From the NCBI GenBank assembly GCA_041550275.1, contig JBFEPA010000002.1:1-32144 (forward strand): a stretch of DNA of 32,144 bases. Direction: 5' to 3'. The position numbers and the translations under genes were made by a program. This document shows positions 25,688 to 32,144 of this stretch, in pieces. Below the pieces are notes generated by a model that saw only the letters and a program-made list of their open reading frames with translations, was not told the DNA's origin and searched no databases. Position 1 is the stretch's first letter, and each line of letters starts with the position of its first letter. Source of the DNA: Thermoplasmata archaeon. Its GTDB lineage: Archaea; Thermoplasmatota; Thermoplasmata; UBA10834.

Positions 25688-27207
25688 TGCACATGCCAGG
25701 ACCAATAATCAACGACACAACGACGAAGACTACGGAGAAGAAGCTGACGATTGACCCAATCACGAGGCTCGAGGGACACGGCAAGATAGAGATATTCCTG
25801 AACGACCAGGGCAACGTGGCGAATGCATATCTCCAGGTCCCCGAACTCAGAGGATTCGAACGCTTCTGCATCGGCAGGCATGTGCAAGAACTACCCGTGC
25901 TGACCAACAGGTTGTGTGGCGTTTGTCCTGCGGCGCATCACATCGCGTCGACGAAGGCTCTCGACGCGGTGTTCAACGCAGAACCCACTGAGACTGCGAA
26001 GAAGCTCAGGGAGCTGTTCTACATGGGACAGTATACCCACAGCCACATAGCACACTTCTACGCCCTAGCTGCGCCTGACTTCGTGCTCGGACCGTCCGCA
26101 CCGGCCAACAAAAGGAACGTCCTAGGTGTAGTCGACGCCGTGGGTGTAGAGATCGGCGGAGAGGTCATCAAGCACAGGTCGTACGGTCAGAAGGTTCAGG
26201 AGATCGTCGGCGGAAGGGCGACTCATCCGTGCTTCGGTCTTCCAGGCGGAGTGTCCAAGCAGATAAGCGAGGAAGAGCGCGCCCAGATGGAAGAGATGGC
26301 GAAGTCCTGCGTCGAGTTCGGGAAGTTCACCGTGAAGCTCTTTCACGATGTCGTGCTGGCCAATCAGGATTACATGAACCTTGTCCTGAACCAGGACGCA
26401 TACTATCTCGAATCGTACTACATGGGCATGGTTGACAAGAACAACAAGTCGAACTTCTACGACGGTGACATCCGCGTGGTGGACCAGACTGGCAAGGAGG
26501 TAGTGAAGTTCAAGCCGAGCGAGTATCTCGATGTCATCGCAGAACACGTCGAGCCTTGGACTTACATGAAGATGCCGTTCCTGAAGCAGGTGGGATGGAA
26601 AGGCTTCTCCGTCGGCCCGTCAAGTGGAATCTACAGAGTCGGACCGCTCGGCAGAATCAACGTTTGCGAGGGTTACACGACACCGCTTGCTCAAGCCGAA
26701 TACGCGGCACTGGCGAAGACGGTAAAAGACCTGGGAGTGACAGGACCAGTCCATCACACACTCGCGTACCACTGGGCGAGGGTGGTCGAGCTGCAGTACG
26801 CCACAGAGAGGATGCTCGAGCTGGCGAGCGACAAGAGCATTACGAGCGACGATACCCGTGGCGAAGTCAACGAACCCACAGAAGGCGTCGGCATATGCGA
26901 GGCACCGAGGGGGACTCTGATACACCACTATGCCTCAGATAAGGAAGGGCTGTGCACGATGATTAACATGATCGTGGCTACGACGAACAACTACGCTGCC
27001 ATCAATACCAGTATCACCCAGGCGGCGAAGGCGCTGATCAGGAATTGGGAGATCTCCCCCGGCCTGCTGAACAAGGTCGAGATGGCGTTCCGATGCTACG
27101 ACCCGTGCAACTCATGCGGGACTCATGCGCTCAACGGTTCGCCCGCGCTGGAGATAGCGGTGCGGCGCGCAGACGGGTCCACACTCGAGAGGCAGAGAAA
27201 CTTCTGA
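25687..27207 (+). CDS. mvhA: MvhA, large subunit of Mvh-type [NiFe] hydrogenase
   Basis: TRLEGHGKIEI, N-terminal ligand motif RLCGVCPAAHH, and C-terminal DPCNSCGTH followed by a 26-residue tail (a protease-cleaved extension is expected). Start is ambiguous among GTG 25684, ATG 25687 and ATG 25693. Confidence 0.93.
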   Translation: MHMPGPIINDTTTKTTEKKLTIDPITRLEGHGKIEIFLNDQGNVANAYLQVPELRGFERFCIGRHVQELPVLTNRLCGVCPAAHHIASTKALDAVFNAEPTETAKKLRELFYMGQYTHSHIAHFYALAAPDFVLGPSAPANKRNVLGVVDAVGVEIGGEVIKHRSYGQKVQEIVGGRATHPCFGLPGGVSKQISEEERAQMEEMAKSCVEFGKFTVKLFHDVVLANQDYMNLVLNQDAYYLESYYMGMVDKNNKSNFYDGDIRVVDQTGKEVVKFKPSEYLDVIAEHVEPWTYMKMPFLKQVGWKGFSVGPSSGIYRVGPLGRINVCEGYTTPLAQAEYAALAKTVKDLGVTGPVHHTLAYHWARVVELQYATERMLELASDKSITSDDTRGEVNEPTEGVGICEAPRGTLIHHYASDKEGLCTMINMIVATTNNYAAINTSITQAAKALIRNWEISPGLLNKVEMAFRCYDPCNSCGTHALNGSPALEIAVRRADGSTLERQRNF

Positions 27208-27219
27208 TGTTTTCGAACG

Positions 27220-27252
27220 CGAGGGGAAACCCCCCTCGACAACATGTTTTTT
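27220..27252 (+). terminator. Hairpin CGAGGGG-aaacc-CCCCTCG followed by a T6 run (terminator/attenuator-like)
   Basis: A 7-bp perfect stem (27220-27226 / 27232-27238) begins 13 nt after the mvhA stop. T6 lies at 27247-27252; oligo-T tracts are the usual archaeal termination signal. Confidence 0.35.
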
Positions 27253-27282
27253 AAGTTCAACCAGGATGAGAGGACCGACTCC

Positions 27283-27768
27283 ATGACTCAAACCGAGGAT
27301 CCGAACGCAAAGAAGACTCTTGTGGTAGGTGTCGGCAACCCCATACTCTCGGATGATGGCGTGGGGATTCACATCGCGAGGAGACTCAGGGAGATGGGAA
27401 TCTCCGGCATCGATGTCGAGGAGCTGCCAGCGAGCGGGCTGGAACTGCTGGACATGGTCCTCGACTACGACCGCGTAGTCATCATAGATGCCATAAGGAC
27501 TGAGGGAGGCACCCCGGGACAGTTCTACATCCTGGAGGAGAGCGATTTCGAGAGGACCGTTCACGGCGCCTCACCGCACGGGATTAACATAGCCACGGCT
27601 TTGGCCCTCGGGAGACAGCTGGTAAACGACAGGATGCCGACCGATACGCAGTTCATCGCGATCGAGGTGGCAGACATAGTCAATGTCAGCGAGAGCATGA
27701 CACCTGCAGTGGCAGCGGCGGTCCAATTGGTCGTTGACAAGGTCGTGGCCGAACTGAGCAAGCCATAA
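27283..27768 (+). CDS. [NiFe]-hydrogenase maturation endopeptidase (HycI/HybD/FrhD family)
   Basis: LVVGVGNPILSDDGVG, VVIIDAI and HGASPHG motifs. ATG 27283 is preferred because it has a GAGAGG SD and lies downstream of the hairpin/T6. ATG 27244, which contains the T6, is the alternative. Confidence 0.85.
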   Translation: MTQTEDPNAKKTLVVGVGNPILSDDGVGIHIARRLREMGISGIDVEELPASGLELLDMVLDYDRVVIIDAIRTEGGTPGQFYILEESDFERTVHGASPHGINIATALALGRQLVNDRMPTDTQFIAIEVADIVNVSESMTPAVAAAVQLVVDKVVAELSKP

Positions 27769-27787
27769 GCGGCCCATGGACGATGGG

Positions 27788-28834
27788 TCAGCATATTCTT
27801 GGAACCGGGTCGCCAACGGGGGGCTCGATGATGCGCTTTCCTCCCGTATGAGTCTCGAGCATAACCCCGTCGAAATCTGCTGATGCAGCACCGACAATGC
27901 ACGCGCCTCGTCCCTCTGGCGTGGCCTTGACTGCCCTGAGAACCTCCTCAGCAGCCTCGGGGACGACCGCAATGACGACCTTGCCCTCGTTGCCTATCTC
28001 CAGCGGGTCGATCCCCAGCATCTCGCAGGCGGAGAGCACGCCTTCATCCAAGGGAAGGTCCTCCTCCCTGACAGATATCCCCACCGATGATTTATCAGCC
28101 CATTCGTTGAGCAGATTGGCAACGCCTCCTCTCGTGGGATCCTTCATGGCAACGACACCTCCCACTCTCAAGGCTGCCTCGATCAGCTTGTTGAGAGGGG
28201 CAGCGTCGGTCTTCACGGTCGTCTCGAACCCGTATCCTTCACGAAAAGACAGGAGGGCGACGCCATGGTTGCCTATCGGTCCTGACACGATCAGCATATC
28301 CCCTTCGAAGATGGCAGAGTCGTTCGGCCAGTTCCAAGCGTACTCCCGCGACGCACGCACGCGTTCGAGATTCCCGTCGAGATATTCGGAGCGCTTGCCG
28401 ATGCCGCTGGTATTGATGAAGAGGCGGTCCGCGGCCCCCTTCTCTACCACTTTGGTATCGCCGGTAACTATCCTCACATCTGCTCTTCGGGCCGTGTCAC
28501 TCATGCTTCGCATGATTGTGTGGAGTTCGTCGGACGAGAACCCTTCCTCGATAATCATCCCACATGACAGAGCCAACGGTCTGGCGCCCATCACAGATAC
28601 ATCGTTGACCGTGCCCGCGACGGAAAGGAGGCCTATGTCCCCTCCCGGGAAGAAGAGTGGTTTGACGGTGTAAGAATCCGTCGTGAACACGATCCCTTCG
28701 ATCACGGCAGCGTCATCCAAGGCTGAGAGGGGTATCTCACCGCTATCGTGCTCCAGCTCTTTGAGTATGAACTCCTTGATGAACTCCAACATCCCCTCTC
28801 CGCCCGCTCCTTGGGCCATTGTGATCTTCGACAT
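27788..28834 (-). CDS. hypE: HypE (thiocyanate-forming maturation ATPase)
   Basis: N-terminal ITMAQGAGGEG, AIR-synthase-like body and the diagnostic C-terminal PRIC. ATG 28834 is preferred over the listed TTG at 28849. Confidence 0.92.
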   Translation of the reverse strand: MSKITMAQGAGGEGMLEFIKEFILKELEHDSGEIPLSALDDAAVIEGIVFTTDSYTVKPLFFPGGDIGLLSVAGTVNDVSVMGARPLALSCGMIIEEGFSSDELHTIMRSMSDTARRADVRIVTGDTKVVEKGAADRLFINTSGIGKRSEYLDGNLERVRASREYAWNWPNDSAIFEGDMLIVSGPIGNHGVALLSFREGYGFETTVKTDAAPLNKLIEAALRVGGVVAMKDPTRGGVANLLNEWADKSSVGISVREEDLPLDEGVLSACEMLGIDPLEIGNEGKVVIAVVPEAAEEVLRAVKATPEGRGACIVGAASADFDGVMLETHTGGKRIIEPPVGDPVPRIC

Positions 28835-28871
28835 CGTATTGTCTCGCAAGTGCTCGAAAATGCTAGGTGGC

Positions 28872-28885
28872 TATAACCTTTTTGG
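28872..28885 (-). promoter_or_regulatory. BRE/TATA-like box for hypE (minus strand CCAAAAAG-GTTATA)
   Basis: A/T box in the divergent hypE/mobA spacer. It lies ~25 nt from TTG 28849 and ~40 nt from ATG 28834. Confidence 0.25.
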
Positions 28886-28914
28886 CAGACCGGCGTGCCG
28901 CAACGGTGGCTGTC

Positions 28915-28927
28915 CGAAAAGTTTGAT
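28915..28927 (+). promoter_or_regulatory. BRE/TATA-like box (CGAAAA-GTTTGAT) for mobA; leaderless spacing
   Basis: Same CGAAAA-G-(A/T-rich) arrangement as upstream of hypB, centred ~30 nt upstream of ATG 28954. No SD. Confidence 0.3.
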
Positions 28928-28953
28928 GACCAACCTGCGTCTACCCCTATCTA

Positions 28954-29595
28954 ATGATTACGGGCGCGGTTCTCGCAGGAGGGACTAGTAGCCGATTCGG
29001 CAGCGAGAAAGCGATAGCGCCGTTCCGGTCGGAGCATATGATATCACACGTTATAAGAGTGCTCCTTCGAGTGACTGATGAGCTAGTCGTTGCGGTTGCG
29101 CCCGGGCGAGGGACATTCTACCGCGACCTTCTGGGCGAGGACATCACCGTCGTAGAGGACGTCGAGTCGGGCATCGGGCCGATACAGGGACTTGTAACCG
29201 CGCTAGGGGCGGCGGGTGGTGACTACGTGTTGGTCAGTCCATGCGACACACCCTTGTTGCGGGAAGAGTTATGCGAGATGACGATACGCTACGCTGATGG
29301 CAGAGACGGAGCGGTCCCCGTTGTCGGCGGGTTCCTTGAGCCTCTTCACGCATGCTACAGCAGGCTCACATGTCTGGAAGCTTTCACAGAGTCGATGGCT
29401 GAAGGTATGAGAAAGCCAAAGGACGCCTATCGCCTGCTCAACCTGGCGACCATCGATGAAGCGGATTTGAGGAGTGTCGATCATGACCTCGTCAGTTTCG
29501 TGAATGTAAACTCGGAAGATGATCTCGCCGCCGCGATTCGACGCAGCGATTCTTCGGCAGTCAACCGCCTTGACGACTCTTCCTCTTCTCGATGA
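28954..29595 (+). CDS. mobA: MobA-like molybdenum cofactor guanylyltransferase
   Basis: N-terminal GAVLAGGTSSRFGSEK (LAGGxxxRxG signature), a PCDTP-type motif (VSPCDTPLL) and ~210 aa. Confidence 0.8.
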   Translation: MITGAVLAGGTSSRFGSEKAIAPFRSEHMISHVIRVLLRVTDELVVAVAPGRGTFYRDLLGEDITVVEDVESGIGPIQGLVTALGAAGGDYVLVSPCDTPLLREELCEMTIRYADGRDGAVPVVGGFLEPLHACYSRLTCLEAFTESMAEGMRKPKDAYRLLNLATIDEADLRSVDHDLVSFVNVNSEDDLAAAIRRSDSSAVNRLDDSSSSR

Positions 29596-30226
29596 TTGCG
29601 CCGACCTTCTCCTTCGCCGCTGACATCTGCATGCTTTCGACGAAGTGATCCACTGAAGTATGACTCAGGTAGTAGGCGCCAGCGGAGGCAACGAGCAGAC
29701 CACCAATCGTGTCGAACAACAGGTCCCTCATCGTATCATCAAGGGAGTACTGAAGATGGCTGCCCGTCGCCAAATCGACAATGAACTCCATGAGCTCCCA
29801 AATCACGCCTACCGCCATCGTGAGCATGACGATGAACAACGCCAGGAACGCCCTTGGGAGATAGATGGTCTCGGCGTACTTGTCTATCGTGACGACCACT
29901 ATGAAACCGAGCGCCGCGATGAGCGACGCGGACATCGCATGCGTCAAATGGTCCCAGCCAGGTAGGTTGTCATAGAATCCGGAGAAGCTGCCTACAATAT
30001 GGGTGAACAGCGCGAGCACGATCAGGAAGTTGAGTTCCACTGGTAGAACTATCTTCAGATCCCTCCGCACAAGGCTGGGCAATTCGCTCATTGCCAGGAC
30101 AACTATCGCTGCGGGAACGTACGTGAACTCACGGGTGACAATACCGGACAGGGCGAGGCCGACCATGCCTGCCTGCATCGCTCTTGAGGCTAGCCTCAGT
30201 CGTTCCTTCAGTCGACCACCTCCCAT
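29561..30226 (-). CDS. Hypothetical integral membrane protein, paralogue B
   Basis: Multi-TM ORF sharing layout and motifs with the upstream gene (W.H/DLT...GF...V..D.Y...F..F.VM.T......W...E.I.D). Start is set to ATG 30226 so that the basic N-tail matches paralogue A. The listed start (30325) would overlap the upstream gene by 118 nt. Confidence 0.5.
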   Translation of the reverse strand: MGGGRLKERLRLASRAMQAGMVGLALSGIVTREFTYVPAAIVVLAMSELPSLVRRDLKIVLPVELNFLIVLALFTHIVGSFSGFYDNLPGWDHLTHAMSASLIAALGFIVVVTIDKYAETIYLPRAFLALFIVMLTMAVGVIWELMEFIVDLATGSHLQYSLDDTMRDLLFDTIGGLLVASAGAYYLSHTSVDHFVESMQMSAAKEKVGAIIEKRKSRQGG

Positions 30227-30861
30227 GCTGTTGAAATCCCGAGCAGGCGCTGTCGCCTCTCGGACATCGCCTTCGTGTACGCCGCGTAGACAAAACCCAT
30301 GATTATGCCGCCGATGAGCACCCATAGAATCTGCCTCATCACGCTGTCGTTCGACAACAGGTTGGTCGAGCCAAACAACTCGTCACTGATGTACTCTCCC
30401 AGCATCCAGAACCCCGAGGCGGAGAGTGTGAACATCACCACGAAGAACAGGGAGAACGGACGATTCATGCGAACGCTCGTGTACATATCTAGCTCGACCG
30501 TCAACAGGAACCCTATGGTCGAGAGAGAGAATGCAAAGGCCAACGATGTCAGATCGTCCCACCATGCAAACTGCTCGGCCATCGTCTGCGAGCCACCAGA
30601 TATGTGAAGGAGCATCGGCAACGACAACAGGATGGTTATCTCCCACGGAATCGCCTTGAACGGGTCGAGCAGCGACACAATCGGGAGAACGTACAACGAC
30701 AGCGCCGTTATGCCGAAGACTACCCACAGCACATCGAGATTCAGCATGGCGTACACCGTAGAGAAGAACAGGACCAGGCTTGAGATCCACGACGCCTGCG
30801 CCTCAATCACGCGCTGACGAGACCTCCCGAGCGGCTTGTCAACTGCAGATTGCACGCTCAT
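30208..30861 (-). CDS. Hypothetical integral membrane protein, paralogue A
   Basis: 217-aa ORF with 5-6 hydrophobic helices. A TTTTAAG box lies ~25 nt upstream of ATG 30861 (leaderless spacing). Confidence 0.55.
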   Translation of the reverse strand: MSVQSAVDKPLGRSRQRVIEAQASWISSLVLFFSTVYAMLNLDVLWVVFGITALSLYVLPIVSLLDPFKAIPWEITILLSLPMLLHISGGSQTMAEQFAWWDDLTSLAFAFSLSTIGFLLTVELDMYTSVRMNRPFSLFFVVMFTLSASGFWMLGEYISDELFGSTNLLSNDSVMRQILWVLIGGIIMGFVYAAYTKAMSERRQRLLGISTAWEVVD

Positions 30862-30916
30862 CGTATGCCATCAGCCCCCGCTTAAAAGAAGCGGTCTCCA
30901 CTAATAACGGTTGCCT

Positions 30917-32144
30917 CTAATGACTCTCTGCTTTCGCACGGTAGCTATTGACTGGCACGTGGATTTCGAACCTTGCACCCTTTCCATGCTCACCGACCTC
31001 CCTTATCGTCATTTGACAGGTCTTGAGGAGCTCTCTGACCAAGTAGAGGCCGAGGCCCGTGCCCTTACCGACCCCTGCGTCGAAAATCGTTTCCTTCTCC
31101 TGTGGAGGCACCCCCACGCCATCATCCGAGTAGACGATTCTGAGGCCATCATCCTGCTCTTCAGCCTCAACCGTGATCTGCCTGGAATGCTGGCCGTGCT
31201 TGATTGTGTTCGTGAACAGGTTCTGGAACACCTTGCTGAACATTGGATCGGCGAGAATCTCAAAGTCATGAACACTACACTCAACCTCGAGGTTACCAGC
31301 GCTAATAGCCGATTGGGCTTCTGAACACGCATTGCGAAGATCGATCCATTCCAACGGGGCCGTCCCTATCCGTTCGTATTCGGCTGCGAACTCCATCTGA
31401 GATTGGAGAGCGTCGACGGCTGTTTGCATGTTCGATGCCAGCTTTGCCATTTCCGCGAATTCCTTTTGCTCCGTTGCCAACGCCAACCATCCTTGGAGAA
31501 TCATGAGCTGGTTTAGGGTATCATGTCTGGTGAGGTTTCCGAGTAACCTGAGCTTCTCGTTGGCCGTTCTCAACGCTGATTCGACCCGGCGCATGTCAGT
31601 GACATCAATCGACATGCCACCTAGCAACTTCGAATGGGAAGCGATGTCCGTCATCGGGAATTTAATTGTGAGATATTCGTGGACGCCATCCTCTTGGGGA
31701 ACGACCTCAATCAGACTCAGGCCCTTGCATTCATTAAGTACGCGCGAATCATCCCCCTGAGAGCGGCGGGCGGCTTCCCCTGGCCAGATGTCCATGTCCG
31801 TGCGTCCGATAATCTTGTCTTCACCCGTTCTGAAGAATTCTGTGAAACGACGATTGACGAATGTGTATTGCCCTTCAGCATCCTTTATGAAGGCGAAGAA
31901 GGGGCAGTTGTCCATGAACAGCTTAAACTGCTCCTCCATCCCTCTGATGGATGCAACATCGCGCTCGTGAACGACCGCCATCGCGTATATGTGGGCGAGT
32001 TGGGAGATGACCTCGATGTCGCCTGTCGAGTATCCCTGTGGGGAATTGGCCAGTGATATCTGCCCGACGAGTCTATCCCCGATTATGACTGGAACTGATA
32101 GAAAGCTCTCGAGTTCGATATGACCCTCGGGCAGGCCGACGGAC
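30917..32144 (-). CDS. GAF-PAS sensor histidine kinase, N-terminus beyond the window
   Basis: The frame stays open upstream of the listed Met (31981) to nt 32144 and reads like a GAF C-terminus (LSVPVIIGDRLVGQISLANSPQGYSTGDIEV). Then comes PAS (FMDNCPFFAFIKDAEGQYTFVNRRF), the H-box LTRHDTLNQL, the N-box FQNLFTNTIKHG and G-boxes DDGVG / GTGLGLYLV. Confidence 0.85.
   Translation of the reverse strand, partial: SVGLPEGHIELESFLSVPVIIGDRLVGQISLANSPQGYSTGDIEVISQLAHIYAMAVVHERDVASIRGMEEQFKLFMDNCPFFAFIKDAEGQYTFVNRRFTEFFRTGEDKIIGRTDMDIWPGEAARRSQGDDSRVLNECKGLSLIEVVPQEDGVHEYLTIKFPMTDIASHSKLLGGMSIDVTDMRRVESALRTANEKLRLLGNLTRHDTLNQLMILQGWLALATEQKEFAEMAKLASNMQTAVDALQSQMEFAAEYERIGTAPLEWIDLRNACSEAQSAISAGNLEVECSVHDFEILADPMFSKVFQNLFTNTIKHGQHSRQITVEAEEQDDGLRIVYSDDGVGVPPQEKETIFDAGVGKGTGLGLYLVRELLKTCQMTIREVGEHGKGARFEIHVPVNSYRAKAESH

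Noticed and set aside
6552-27207. Selenocysteine-containing Hdr/Mvh variants (in-frame TGA plus SECIS), as in some methanococci.
   Set aside because: All hdrA, mvhD and mvhA ORFs are uninterrupted, with Cys codons at the relevant motifs. No in-frame TGA needs to be read through.
30878-30894. Hairpin CCGCTT-aaaag-AAGCGG as the terminator of the histidine kinase gene.
   Set aside because: The stem is only 6 bp and is not followed by an oligo-T tract on the transcribed (minus) strand. It overlaps the TTTTAAG promoter-like box of the next gene, so its role is ambiguous.
1-32144. CRISPR arrays, transposases/integrases, prophage or defence-system genes, rRNA genes.
   Set aside because: I found no spaced direct-repeat array, no recombinase-like ORF and no long non-coding stretch. 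Every spacer over 100 nt (1500-1600, 6189-6551, 15217-15374, 28835-28953) is explained by promoter-type sequence. This was a by-eye scan only, not a computational search.

Overview
Moderately GC-rich, archaeal-looking segment. The evidence is A/T-rich BRE/TATA-like boxes about 28-30 nt upstream of first-gene ATGs, Shine-Dalgarno-coupled internal genes and heavy ATA/AGG/AGA codon use. The taxon cannot be fixed from sequence alone. The window starts with the 3' part of a saccharopine-dehydrogenase-like gene and a small membrane protein. Next is a hypB-hypF-hypC-hypA-hypD [NiFe]-hydrogenase maturation operon (1601-6188). It is followed by a ~21 kb, 15-gene, same-strand, stop/start-coupled train (6552-27768). 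The train opens with a textbook hdrA-hdrC-hdrB-mvhD set and continues with three more HdrA/MvhD units. (i) A ~1010-aa tandem HdrA plus an MvhD::HdrC/HdrB(CCG) fusion. (ii) An HdrA carrying an inserted NfnB/GltD-like NAD(P)H module, a separate second-half HdrA with an Arg-rich disordered insert, and an MvhD fused to a winged-helix-like domain. (iii) A second tandem HdrA, an MvhD, a free copy of the same winged-helix-like domain, mvhG-mvhA (Mvh-type [NiFe] hydrogenase) and a maturation endopeptidase. hypE lies convergent downstream, followed by mobA, two paralogous membrane proteins and a GAF-PAS histidine kinase that runs off the window. I recognised no rRNA, tRNA, CRISPR array, transposase/integrase or in-frame-stop pseudogene. 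The most interesting signals are the iterated, differently terminated HdrA/MvhD architecture and an uncharacterised Cys-free winged-helix-like module that occurs both free and fused to MvhD.
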